A stretch of DNA of 64,000 nt from Chiloscyllium plagiosum (taxonomy: Eukaryota), in NCBI RefSeq assembly GCF_004010195.1, contig NC_057718.1, forward strand, positions 50,911,018 to 50,975,017, read 5' to 3'. Of this stretch, positions 38,401 to 51,686 are shown one piece after another. A program made the position numbers and the translations under genes. Position 1 is the stretch's first letter, and each line of letters begins with the position of its first letter. Under the pieces are notes generated by a model that did no database searches, had not been told where the DNA came from, and saw nothing but the letters and a program-made list of their open reading frames with translations.

Positions 38401-41400
38401 AAATTGGCATGCTGCTTCCATTGCAATCACAAATGGGTTAGCAACACATTGAAATCTGCACAGCTTAATTGGGGAATATCCAATTAAGACCCACAACACA
38501 GAGAGACACATAGACAACAACTGCACAAAACTGCAGTTGTTCCTATGATTGTTGTAGAAAGAGCTTAATATTTAGGTATAAAGTTTTTTGTTGCTACCTT
38601 CAGTTTTTGATTGTGTTATAAATAGGGTCTAATTTATCAACTTTTGATGTTTATAAATTCAATTTTAAAAATTCAAATTGATACAGTTAACATGGAGTTG
38701 TCAATTTTTAACAAATGATCACAATTTTTATAGAAATAAAGCATTTCTATTTAAAACTTGAAAGTTGCAGTTTGAACAGAGACTTCCTCAATATCTGTCA
38801 CTTACATCAAAATATCTTGGGGTAGGAACCTGTCATTATGTTTTCTAAGAGTTATGCATGGTTTGAAGTCAACCAACTGGAACAATGGAAGAGAGGTCAT
38901 TGTTTAGATGAGAGCTTGCAAAGTCAAAGCCATAGGCACCAGAGTTGATGGAAAATGGCATTCCAAAGATAAAATCTGTTGCGTGTCAGAGCTAAGCTAA
39001 CAGAAGGAGCCTGTGGCAAAGCAAGTACTTTGGTTGTTTTCACTGCATTTGAGAGTGGCATTTCAATTTGTGTATTTATGCCTCTAAGACATTTTATTAT
39101 CCAAGAGTAATCTATTTCAAATTGTACAATTTAAACTGTATGCATTTTATTGATGCTATCGGCCAGCTATGTAAACAGATCTTGTAGATAATGACTTAAT
39201 AACAGTAAAGTACAGGTGCCTACTATTTTCTTTCATTTTATTGCAGAGTGATTTTTAATATTATTGTTTCTTTATGTGTTGAAAGTAAAAATGACACCAT
39301 TTACAGAAAACAGGTAAATGCAAAGTTATGCTAGATTTGTCTGATTTATATATTTGTTTGTTCAAATGGTATTTTCTCTGAACAATATCCTATTTTTCTC
39401 GGCCAGATAACAACTGTAAGTTTCTAATTTGAGTGTAAAAGGTATTCTAATAACAAATTGAACTCAAAATTGTACTAGTTTGGACAAATATTATAAACCA
39501 AGCATGTACTTTTGATTGTGAATTCTGCCTTGAACCAATGCAACTGGGCTGTTTTGGAACATAATTTCATTAAAAATAACTTTTAAAACATTTCTTAATA
39601 TTTTTAAGAGCGATCATTTCTTTAGTACAGCTGAGAATGTGTTTGTCTAAAAATTATATATTTTTAGTCAAAAACAGAAATTGCTGGAGAAAATCAAGGA
39701 ATTCTGATTAGGAGTCACCAGTCCTGAAATGCGTCCTTCTGCTTTCTTCCCACAAATGCTGCCAGACTTGATGAGTTTCTTCAGCAATTTCTGTTTTTGT
39801 TTCCGATCTGCAGTGCTTTTTTTATTTTTGCATTTTTAATCACTTGTGTTTAATAACCAGTTGTGAATAATCCAATTTTAAATAAACATTACCTTTTTAA
39901 AAAATATATTAATTCATATAGTTTAACTAGTATGAAATGTACAGTAGTCAACTTCAAAGTAAATAAAAACTTTTGAAACATACCCAATAGTGTCCTTGAG
40001 TCTAAAAAATGAGATTTTTAACTACCTCCTCTACGATTCTGGACACAATTTCTGAAAACTTTTCATGATTAATTCAATCTGCAACATGGCCTATTTTGTG
40101 GCCATTTTTGAGCAAATTGCATGAAAAAAACAGTGCAAAAAGTATTTATAAGAACAATATCATCCATATAATATCTGGATTTAAAGACATCTTAATTATC
40201 TTTGACAACAAATTAAATGAGTTGTATTTATGGAAAATAAAACTACATATTTTTTATAGAATAAAGTCAATAGGCTATCATAAACAAAATCTTGAAGACA
40301 TTTTATTTATATGAATGCATGTAGTCAACAATTAATCCAATTTGGTCTACATGCAGCTTTTGTATATGGCAAGACTGTATGGTTGAAATTACTGTTGGTA
40401 ATGATAGTTGAGAAGTGCTTAACATATTTAGCCAGCATACCCTTCTCCCTTTTAAAATATAAGAATTGTATTTGGTGATGACTACTTCCCCCCTCACAGA
40501 TCTTAATTTTCCAATAAGAATTATCTGACTCGTGTTCATGGACTATCACACCAATAGTGGCATTATCAAAAGAAAAATCAAAGCTAGTGGTGGTAAACTG
40601 AACTCAAAACTGTAAATGTCAGCAAAGAGAAAGAAAAACTATACATTATAAATGATAAGCCATGTCTATATGTGTGTAACAATGCAATAAATTCTTAAGA
40701 TTTGGATAGCTTCCAACAGTAGCAAATCTTTCACTAGAGTAAGGAAGGCAAAGAGGAGACAAATATTTTTCAAATTATAAAATAATTTAATAGGATGAAA
40801 GGGAAAGACTATTCATTTGATTAAGGAATCAGTCATCAGGGTAGTCAATTTCAAATTGTTGAATAAAAAAAAGGCAAGTCAAAATAAGTCTTTTACTGAA
40901 AGGATTCTTGGAGCACAAAATATTTTTTTTCCATATATAGTAGTTGGCCATGATGCCTTTGAAGAGGAAAGTGCACCAATATTTAACGATGAACAATAAC
41001 AGGTAGAAAACAGGGCAATGGCATTCGATTTAGATTGCCATATAGCAAAGAATGGTTCAGATATGATAAACAGATTCTTCTGTGTTCTAAACATCTAATT
41101 TCTTTAGCATATTCAGATCTTCATAATTTATTTGAGGAGAATTGTCATTCTTTAAAGTCAACAATGACTGTTACCAATAATAGCAAAGTAACTAACTTAA
41201 ATTGTTTTGCACTGTTTTGAGAGTTAAAAGACAGTACAAACAAGTGGTAATTCAATAATATTGTGAATAGTAATTTCTAACTTTAAAAGCTTCTAATTCA
41301 GACTGTGAAACAGAAGAAATTGCACTGAGGTAGAACTTTTAATTCTCAGCATTGTTGCTTCAAATCAGTCAGAACCATTTAATAAAAACAGAAAGATTTA

Positions 41401-42841
41401 GATGAAACAACTATTAAAACACATTTGTATGTGTTCTGCACATGAAAGTTAATGTAATATAAGAAAGGTTTTTCTTTGATTTATTCAAAAGCAAGAGAAT
41501 TGCAAAAAGAAAAGCTCACCAATTTACTTTATGCATGGCCCATAACCTTTGGCAAATGAAAAGTGAAAGAATTCAAAGAGCTAACATTTAGATTGGCTTA
41601 TCATTATAATAAGAATTACATTTTATCCCAACTGACACCTGTGCCCTACAAGTAATTTTACCAGCAAACCATTAGCATCACGGGGCAACAGGCATCATTT
41701 CTCAAAAAATGAAAATGACATCCAGGTAACAATACAAAATTATCCATCTGCCAGTAATAGAAGACTATTCTCTACAATATTTAATAATCTGAAAACATGC
41801 TGCTAGCTCTAAGAATTGAAAAAGTTAGATTTCAACAGTTACAGGCAGATGGTCTATTCATTGGACTTACTGAAGTACAAAATGGCATGCAATGTCTTCA
41901 CAAAACATGTTGATTTGCCCTAAATGTTACAATGGCTTGTGCGTGATTGCTTTTACAGTGGCCCCCAAAAAAAGGGTAATTACAAACCATGCACAAATTG
42001 ACCACTGGTTTCTAACAATCTATGTTATTTTTGTATTGATAAAAAACATTTTTATTTTGCTTTTCATGTGCCCTGAATCTTGCTTCTGGCTGTTGTCATG
42101 TATCATTATTCTATCACATGACCATTATTTCTGTGGACACATCTTTCAGAAAGGAGGTCGACACATTCTAGTCCTGACAAAACCTATCAATCGGTCAAAG
42201 CAAACCAATCAAAATCAATATTGTTTTGTGACAGTAATTTGTTTTAGAGAAAACATCGCAGCTTGGTACTAGCTTGTATGGACACCTCAGAATGATTCAG
42301 TATGTTACAACAATCAATAAAGCATTTTCAGCTTTAGGAGGTACAACATTTTGGCGGTGTACTCCATACCTAAACTGCAAAATTTGAAAATATGCTCAAT
42401 ACTTCCATGCATCTAAATTTATTGTCCATGAAACTGGACAATATTTTGATGGGCTCTAATATTCTGACAGACCAAAATCTCAATTCCAATGAAAGGCTTG
42501 TAAATTTCATTAAATCATCTGCAATGATGGTCTGGGACTAAGCCTTTGTTCCTGCAACTTAGGGCACCAAGCTAGTGACAAACAAGAATCAAGATTTGAA
42601 AACGATAGCATGAGGATCATGTAAAGTTGGTCCTCTTGTATTATCAGTACATGACTGAAGTGCTGCTGAAACCAGCCTTTTATCATTGGGCAGTGAGGAA
42701 GACTCTTTGTTTGGTAGAGATGTCACCCACTAGAATAAGTGGACAAGGTCAATTAAATAGATGGCAGTTTTGTGATGCCCCACCTTCTCAACCTTGCTTG
42801 AGGTGTGCTGATCCTCCAATTAAACTTACCACTAATCATCC

Positions 42842-42878
42842 CTCTCTCTCTGTCTGCCTCTCTCTCTCTCTCTCTCTC
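42842..42878. repeat. Imperfect (TC)n microsatellite
   Basis: ctctctctctgtctgcctctctctctctctctctctc. Confidence 0.85.
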
Positions 42879-43189
42879 CAGTGAGTGAGCAAGTCTATCT
42901 GCTTCCAGTGGTGCAATTATGAAGAATTGGCCAAGAGCATATTATTGGATCACAGTTTCAATGATAAGGCACAAGAAGTCTCCTATTCCTTTAGGATCCA
43001 TGTTCACATAAGTAAATGCATTTTAACTTACACTTTCATTGGCAGTTTTGAGGGACCAATCATTTTTGGTTTCTGAGAGAACTAAATGTAGCATTTGTGG
43101 TGGTTGGGCAACAATTATTTGTGGGAAGGGGCTGAATTAGACTCTGTCAATTGAAATTCAGGTATCTGTTTCTGATGGCCACCCACTTC

Positions 43190-43340
43190 AACTTCATGGG
43201 CATTTAAATGGTCATTGGATAGGCATATGGACAAGAATGGAATAGTTTAGATTAGATGGGCTTCAGATTGATGTCACAGGATAGTGCAACATCGAGGGCC
43301 AAAGGGCCTGTACTGCAATGTAATGTTCTGTGTTCTATGA
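43190..43340 (+). mobile_element. CR1 3' end fragment
   Basis: gggcatttaaatggtcattggatagg...gagggccaaagggcctgtactg...gttctgtgttctat, the same tail as at 47600-47750. Confidence 0.85.
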
Positions 43341-45239
43341 GAGAACGCGCCCTAACCTGTGCTCACAGATTCATACACGGTGCATATTTTTATCTGATAC
43401 ATAAGCATGCTGCAATCTAATCTTTAAGCTTCTTAGAGTTTGCAGAGAACTACATATATGAATTCACAAATAATAACAATATATGTTATTCACATATCCC
43501 GAACAATAAACCAAAGAGGTGCTGCACTATACACAAAAGATGCTGGGAATCAGGCAGCATCCACGGACAGAGATTAAGCTAACACTGCAAGTCGAAATAA
43601 TTCTTCATCAGAGCTGGCAGCTCTTCATCGGCAGAGTCATCTAGATTCAAAACTTTATTTTGTTCTCTCTCTCTCTCTCTCCACAGATGCTGCCTGACCC
43701 ACTGTGATTTCCAGATTTTTTTTCAGTACAGCTTCCAGTATCTGCAATAATTTGTTTCTGCACTGTACAGCTATTCTTAGCTTGACTTCTTACAAACACC
43801 TATTAGCCATGGAGTTAAAAATGTAAACTAGATCCGTGACAACATTTTGAAATATAATCTTTTTGACGCTAAGAACTGAACTGGAACAGTGAATGCATTT
43901 TTATTATACAAATAAGATTCTGCTGTAATCAGAATAATTAGTTATGGTTTTTAATATGTAAAGTTGCAATTGGTCACAGAAATACAAATTTAAACTAACT
44001 CATGGGACATAACTAAAAATGCAATGTCTGTGGTGATGGACTTGTCGCTATTGTTTTATTTAGAATTTTCTCAGTTTTATTAAAGTTTATCTACTATTAA
44101 ATTCTGTTAATCATTTGAATCACACTCTGCTTATATTAAAGAAAAAATTGTCCTTGTGTGGTATTTTTATTAGTCAGAAAATAAAGTTAAACTATGAATT
44201 ATTTTCTAAATAGTAGGAAACTGAGTTTGTCCATAACTGACTTATGATTTCACCATTTGTCACTTGTCTACCAAGTGTCATCAGTAGAATCTAAATTGTT
44301 ATAGCTAGTCCATTACATTGCTTGTATTTCCTTCCCACGCCATGAAAACAAAATCATGCGCCATTCTGGAGCTAAGAAATAACCGCATTCATCACGACAA
44401 CTTACATCTGAAATTAGCATTAGTAACCTAAAAGCAATTAACTGATACCATGGCATTCATTTTTCAAACTTGCTTTTTTATCCTCGAGGCTGGCAAAATT
44501 GTGTTTAGGAAATGGTGTTTATGTTTTCTTTGCATACGCCTCAAAACAATGTTCTCAAAATGCAGCGCTTCCATTCATGCACCACATGTCAATAAATTCA
44601 CAGATACAACTGACAAATTCAATAAATAGACTAGACAGATCTGTTTGGTTTCTTCCTTGATGGAACACGGAACCAAGCAACATAAGTCATGTCAACAACC
44701 AGAAAAGCAGATGGTACTTCTCTTCTTTGAGTGTCTTTAATTTTATATAAAGGCTTGCCTTGACAATCATCAAAATATGCCTTTGCTGAACAACCTACAA
44801 ACTTCTATTAATCGATAGTATTAATTATTCTTTAAAAGTGATGGATTTCCAGCGGTTTTCTCATATTTTCAATTTCTTTCATTTTGCAAAATTCATGAAG
44901 CAAATTTAAAGTAGCTTTTCTGCAAAACACAGTAGCTATAACTTTTCTGTGATTTTTGTTTCCTGACTGAGCTAAATTGAACTATCTACCTCGCGTGCTA
45001 AAGCAATTAATTCAATATGATACCTTGGGCAAAAAATGCAGATTGATTTCTGTGCGTTACGCTGCTTCCGTTTCCTAAATTAATGCCCATGCCAAAAAAA
45101 AGAAACATGCCAGGGAACGATACTTTCACATTTCAGTAATTTGATTCACTGAGTTTATAGTGACACTTTAAAATTTATCTCTCAGTTTACATTAGTATAC
45201 AAAAAATTTTGTGACTTGGAATTTTTTTGTGGTGCTTGC

Positions 45240-45430
45240 ATGAAATGAGCTGCCAGGGAAGTGGTGGAGGTAGGTATAATTACAACATTCAAAAGGCATC
45301 TGAATGGGTATATGAATAGGAAGCATTTACAAGGGTATGGGCCAAATGCTGGCAAATGGGACTAGGTCAGATTGGAATGTCTGGTCAGTATGGACAAGTT
45401 GGACTGAAGGGTCTGTGTCCGTGTCTTATG
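45240..45430 (+). mobile_element. CR1 3' end fragment
   Basis: aatgagctgccagggaagtggtggagg...gggccaaatgctggcaaatgggactag...gaagggtctgtgtcc. Confidence 0.85.
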
Positions 45431-46929
45431 ATTTGATGTTCATTTCAGTTTTAGACTAAAGTTGGCCATAGGCTTTTTGAACTGCCTTTTTTTATAAGTA
45501 CGATTGGTCAAGTTTACAAGGCAAGATGTACAATTTTAGTGCTGAGTCCATTCAAATGATAAGAAGACGATTCAACATATTACTTTGTGCTGGCTCTTCA
45601 GAACAGCTGTTTCTTGAAATATTTCACATTCAAATATACGTACAGTAACATTTTGAAAATTAGTATTTTAATGCTTTATTCCTTGTTCCAGGGCACCAGC
45701 TATTCTCAGTCCTATTTTGGTGCACTTTAAGGATAAAGATGGTCTCGAGGATACTGGAAAACCTTTCAAAAGTACAGCATTGGCATGCCTCAATATCACT
45801 TCATCTAACATCCACATACATGCACCTCCTACCAGATTCCACTGTGCAATGATCAGGAACAAGATCATCAAAGGGCACCTCAGCTGAGATTAGCCAGTTC
45901 AGCTACTAGAATTTGTGACCTTACTAGTGTTAATAACTCAAGTCAACAGTGCTCTGTGCATTTCTGAACTAATCTATTTAAAGAGTTTAAGTAGACTGAG
46001 TTTGAAAGTGCTTGATTTCAGCTATTCTCTGAAAGCAAAATCAATTTGTATTAATGCAGTGCATAAGATTATCATTATCATGAATGAGCTTAAATGTCTT
46101 GGTCCTTAATATGAGTTCATTATCAAAGTTCCAAGATGTTTTAATCAAATTTAGATTAACAAATTTAATTTATTTCTGATCATAATTTTAGAGTTAAATA
46201 TGTGCAACTGTTAATCTTAATACAAATGTGAGAAAAAAAAGCTGTCTGATTCGTGTTTGAACAACCACATGACTTCTTTTCCTCACTGTTGCACCAATCA
46301 ATACTTATGACTCTGCCATGCTGAAGCAGAACTTCAATCCTGCATCACTGCACATTTTCGAGTCCCTTGATCAAAGATGATAACTCACTCACAATATGCA
46401 TGGCAATTGTTTGGAAAGTCGAAAAAGCATATTTTTACACAACAACAAATCATCAATATTTTGAATCTGACCACAAAAACATTAGGAATGAACTACATAT
46501 TTCAATCATCCACTTTTTTTTTAGGTGAAATTCCACCCATGTTTTTCTAGCTCTCAATGTGTGTCCATCAGCATCTAACTGAACCAATAGTTTCCATTGT
46601 GCTGAGGAGATATTCAAGAACAGTGAATATGATAGGACAGGGTAAATCACAGCAGATTTATTTCAATGCCTTGCCTAATCAGTGGTCTGCATTGGTCAGA
46701 AAAACTTGGTTTCAAATGGAGACTAATAAATCCACAACTCTTTGCAAACCTTCATACCAGATATTTACAAGCTTCCATGTCAGACAGTAGTTTTAAAACT
46801 TTTCAAAATATCATTGTGTCATAACACCGTCCAATGCCTGCTTATATATTAAACATACTCAAGAGACCCTGAAATAATGATGTTGTTTATGTGTTGTTAC
46901 TAATTTTCTTGATATAATCCTGAGCGCAT

Positions 46930-47750
46930 TAAGTGGGTTACAGAGGGGCATAGATGAGATGTAGAGCTGGGCTGAGATGTGGCAAATGGAGTCTAATGTG
47001 AAAAAGAGTGAGGTAGTTCACTTCAGAAGAAGTAACAGGAATGCAGAGTACTGGCCTAATGGTAAAATTCTTGGCAGTGTTGATGAACAGAGAGATCTCA
47101 GTGTCCAGGTGCATAAATCCCTGAAAGTTGGCACCCAGGTCGATAGGGCTGTTAAGAAAGCATATGGTGTGTTAGCATTTATTGGTAAGGGAATTGAGTT
47201 TTGGAGTCACAAAGTTCTACAAGACACTGGTAAGGCTGCACCTGGAGTATTGCATACAGTTCTGGTCACCACATCATAGGAAGGATGTGGAAGCTTTGGA
47301 AAGGGTTCGGGGAGATTTCCTAGGATGTTGCCTGGTATGGAAGGAAGGTCTTACAGGAAAGGCTGAGGGAACTGGAGAGAAGAAGGTTGAGAGGTGACTT
47401 AGTTGAGACATATAAGATAATCAGAGGGTTAGATAGAATGGAAAGTGAGAGCCTTTTTCCTTGGATGGTGAAGGCTAACATGAGGAGACATAGCTTTAAA
47501 TTGAGGGGTGATAGATTTAGGACAGATATCAGGGGTAGTTTCTTTACTCAGAGAGTAGTAGGGGTGTGGAACGGCCTGCCTGCAACAGTAGTAGATTCGC
47601 CGACGTTAAGGGTATTTAAATGGCCATTGGACATACATATAGATAATAATTGAATGGTGTAGGTGAGAAAGGCATCAGATTAATTTCACAGGTCGGTGCA
47701 ACATTGAGGGCCGAAGAGCCTGTACTGCATTGTAACGTTCTGTGTTCTAT
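46930..47750 (+). mobile_element. CR1-clade LINE 3' fragment
   Basis: ORFs MWQMESNVKKSEVVHF, YKTLVRLHLEYCIQFWSP and RGDLVETYKIIRGLDR. Ends in a gttctgtgttctat tail. Confidence 0.92.
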
Positions 47751-48938
47751 GGATTATAAATAAACAAAGCTACAAAAGAAATATAGTACATAAGCCACAC
47801 ACTATCCAAAACTTTACTTTTGATATGAATTTTTGACATTACTAATGTTTTAATTTGAATAGCTGTGTGCTAGTGGGTAGATATTCATCTTGGACAATTA
47901 CACAAAGTTGCCGATATTTGATTTTTTATTTATTCACTCATGAGATGTGGGCATCGCTGGCTGGCCAGCATTTATTGTCATCACTTTTGCCTTCAAGAAA
48001 GTGGTGGTGAGTTGCATTCTTGAAACACTGCAGTTCCTGTGCTGTAGGTAGATTGGTTGCCCATTATATGCAGAGCCTGATATTTAATTTCAGTGACTGC
48101 AGTGGAACTGGATGGGAGCTACTGAGCTTATGAGACAGTTGATCTGATGTCACTTATTCTGCGCAGCAGTCAAAATGAATCTTTACCAAAGGACACTGTT
48201 TACTTTGTGGATAAATGCATTGACAGTTCAAACTTCTTGTGATCAAGTAATTCATAAACTAAAGTAGTTAACCAAATGTAACCACAATGCACCATTAATC
48301 ATTTAATCAAACTGAAACATTTATTGTCTTAAATTTTCACTTTTGATTTTAAATTATCTTTTGTTCTTTGTAGGAGTCTCCCCTTTGGAAGCATAGTCTT
48401 TTTTTCAAGTAACGTCAAATGTAGTATTAAATTTATTATAGATAGACTATTTGTTTCAGCTAAATGAAATTAAATGTCTGACCTGTTTATGAAGGGTATG
48501 ACTTTCATAATAGTGGAGTAATTAAGCATTCAGTAGAACAAGTATTATGAAACCCTGTTCTAAATTCATCTTCCATTTACTCACACAGCTTTTGTCAAAG
48601 CCTTTCCACTGTTTAAATGTTGATTTGATATTGAGGCATTGGTATTTTAGATATTTATGTATGTCACCCAGTTCATGGATGACTGTTCAAAAAAATCCAA
48701 TACTGAAAATGTTATTTTATGTTGTGAACAACACTATACAATGAAACTTTAGTCTTTTTGTGTTGTCCTCTTCATCAACTGAGTTGACTGGTATTTTGTT
48801 GTTAATGATTTGGATCAGTGGGTATCCATATTGCCCTGAATAGTATATTGTCACCAATTTCAAACAGAATTATAAGTTATATATAAAAGTATGTATTATC
48901 TGTGTAAATATGATTTTGTACTGCCCTTGAGCACATAC

Positions 48939-49110
48939 CTGATGGATAACGTTCAATGACTGGCCAGTTGTCCACCTGTAGAGTGGCATTGCCACCGCTC
49001 CGTGTAAACCGTACTATGTGGTACTTTCCATCATTTACAATACCACTTGATTCTTCAATGGTGATATCATCTGTTCCAACATTAAAAATAACTCGAATCT
49101 TTCCTTGTTC
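48939..49110 (-). CDS. NRXN1: Neurexin coding exon, LNS6 (laminin-G) domain, exon preceding splice site 4: [57 protein letters not shown](G)
   Basis: The translation matches the neurexin LNS6 motifs [28 protein letters not shown] and ERYP. Acceptor ttctttgcag|GAA, donor TCAG|gtatgt. 172 nt, phase 0 to 1. Paralog assignment is less certain than the family. Confidence 0.96.
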
Positions 49111-49629
49111 CTGCAAAGAAATAAATAGATATGGTTATTCATGCTGACGATGTTGTATATTATGCATTTTTCAATACCTATATAAAACACTGTAATTTGT
49201 AATATCAGCAGTCATAAAATCTGTTCTCATTACAATTGTATTGGAAAAACCAATTAGAGGCTTAAAATATATATTGTAATGATCCAGAACCAGATACTGA
49301 CAAGGTCTTTTAGTTAGAGAGTGGGTGAATCTTACACTACTATCACATCCAGCAACAGTGCTCATGATTATTTCACTGTGCTGACCTTCTCAAAGGAAAT
49401 AAAATGAAAACAAATAAAATCAGTATCTCTGCTCCATCCACTCTTTGTCAGAGAATATGACAGAATGATAATCCTTTTTCTGCCTGACTGTGCAAGTTTT
49501 TTTCTCATTTTCCAACTGTAAAGGTCCACACTGAAGGCAGTTGTGTTTCTACCGGTCCCATTTAGCCTCTATCTCCTCATGACCATTCTACATATATATG
49601 ATAAGTTACAGAGTTAAATTGGCTGGTTC

Positions 49630-49970
49630 GAGTCACAGAATCAGATTTGTACAGCATAGAAACAGACCCTTCGGTGCCATGCCAACCAGATATCCAAACA
49701 TTAATTGAGTCCCATTTGTCAGCATTTGGCCCATATACCTTCAAATCCTTCTTATCCATGTATTCATCCAGATGCCTTTTAAATGTTGTAATTGTACCAG
49801 CCTCCACCACTTCTTCTGGCAGCTCATTCCATACTACCCCCTGCATGAAAAGGCTGCCCCTCAGGTCCCTTTTATATCTTTCCCCTCTCACCTTAAACCA
49901 ATGCCCTCTAGTTTTGGACTCCCCAGCCCTGGGTGAATGACCTTGTCTATTCACCCTATCAAAGCACCTT
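49630..49970 (-). mobile_element. CR1 3' end fragment
   Basis: ORF ESKTRGHWFKVRGERYKRDLRG...WNELPEEVVEAGTITTFKRHLD. Confidence 0.9.
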
Positions 49971-51545
49971 GTATTGATCACACCCCAGTTTAAAGCCTAT
50001 CCTTGACTGATATCTATCCATGCAATTTCCAACAGAGGTCAAGGATCTTATTTAGATTATTGTATTTTGGAGTACAGTTGTCCATTTCTATTCAATCAGC
50101 AAATTCTTCTGTTCCATCTGGTAGTGGCAAAAACTGATGAACAAAAGGATGGACTGGCTATAATACAATAAATTATAATTAAGAACTTATTTCATCGTCA
50201 GTTTCAAAAATATTGTTGCTGAGATTAAAAAGGCTAAAGAAGCACGCAATACCAAAACGTATATTAGGAGACACAGAACATTTCATGAACATATTTAAAT
50301 CAGACTCCCACAGCGGAACTGAGGCCTGGATTAAATTAACATCTTTTAAAGCTGATTTTTAAAGGAATTAGGAAACAGTGAATTGAAAGTCGAAGTTACT
50401 TCTCCAAGCGAACTATTATTGGACCAGAAGAAACAGAGCTCTCCTTGACCCTCAAAGAAGACTTTGCCCTCCCAAGGAGCCATTTGCAAATCTCTCTCTT
50501 CTCGTGCTGTAACCAGAAACCAGCCTCCAATCAGTCCCAATCTTTGGTTTCCTCCTGTTGATTCCTGTCAGCTAAGCAAGCTATCAACTTACCTGATCGC
50601 CAAGCAGGAAACAAAAGGAAAAAGAACACAATGACAGTGCCCTACTAAATTCAGGAAGACCTGAGCATGTCTAGCCTTATCATCTTTTCTCCATCTCCAA
50701 GCCAACACACTCTACACCATCTCCTAAATATCAGGGCCACAATGCCCATGCTTTTTGTTGCAGGTTTGGGTTGTACGATGCATTCCACACAGAATTTAGG
50801 CTGCTAGTGATATTATTTTTCTACTCTGGTACACTATTCCATGATTGCAGAACCCTAACCACAATTCCTTTCGTGATAGGTTCCTGGTTTGGCCAAGACA
50901 CCCTCGGAAGACATTAAACAACAGCATATTGCACCAAGTAGAATTGCTTCATAAAAGGTACGAGGTGAATAGGTTAATTTAAAGCCTGAGAGCAGCATAC
51001 CACCCACAAGTTTGTCATTAGGCAAAATTTAGAACAGCACAAAATCCAACAGAAGGGAGAAAAAAAAGCTCAACTATAATAGGGGAATTGCTTGATCATG
51101 AAATGACCTTAAAATTTCAATTAAAGCATGGTTATTTTCTAGTGGTCAAAATTACCCTAGCCTCAGACAGATTGAAACAAAATTTTAAGCTTTTGCCGTT
51201 ATCTTACTCAATATCACCATTCAGCTACATATCAGATCATCTGAAATTTCTCTTTCTGCTGTTTTCATGATGATTTCAAATAAATTAAAAGATATATATG
51301 CTAACATGGTGGGAAGTTATTTTAATTAAGCACACTAAGCATCTGACCACCAAAATCCCAAATCAAAATTTCAAGCCGTGAGTTAGCAGTGTAGGCATGG
51401 CTGGTGAAAAACATTGGCGCTTTGTGAAGTTGGGACTGAGGCAAATGTTTGGGTAGAGTTACACAGACTGCATTTTTCATCATGGTTGAGAGGAGAACAC
51501 AGAACAAACGTTTTAGAAAATCGATAACCGATTAAAAATTAATCA

Positions 51546-51686
51546 TGATTTGGAGATGCTGGTATTGGACTGGGGTGTACAAAGTTAAAAATCACACAAC
51601 TCTAGGTTATAATCCAACAGGTTTACTTGGAAGCTAGAGCTTCCAAAAGCAAGTGCTTCCAAATAAACCTGTTGGACTATAACCTG
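51546..51686. repeat. Short palindromic interspersed repeat (probable Penelope-terminus derivative)
   Basis: 31-bp inverted arms at 51604-51634 and 51655-51685 (29/31). Related fragments occur at 55982-56055 and about 16812-16843. Confidence 0.7.

Noticed and set aside
48877..48938. ORF extension after the LNS6 exon ([19 protein letters not shown])
   Set aside because: Intronic sequence after a canonical donor, with no neurexin similarity.
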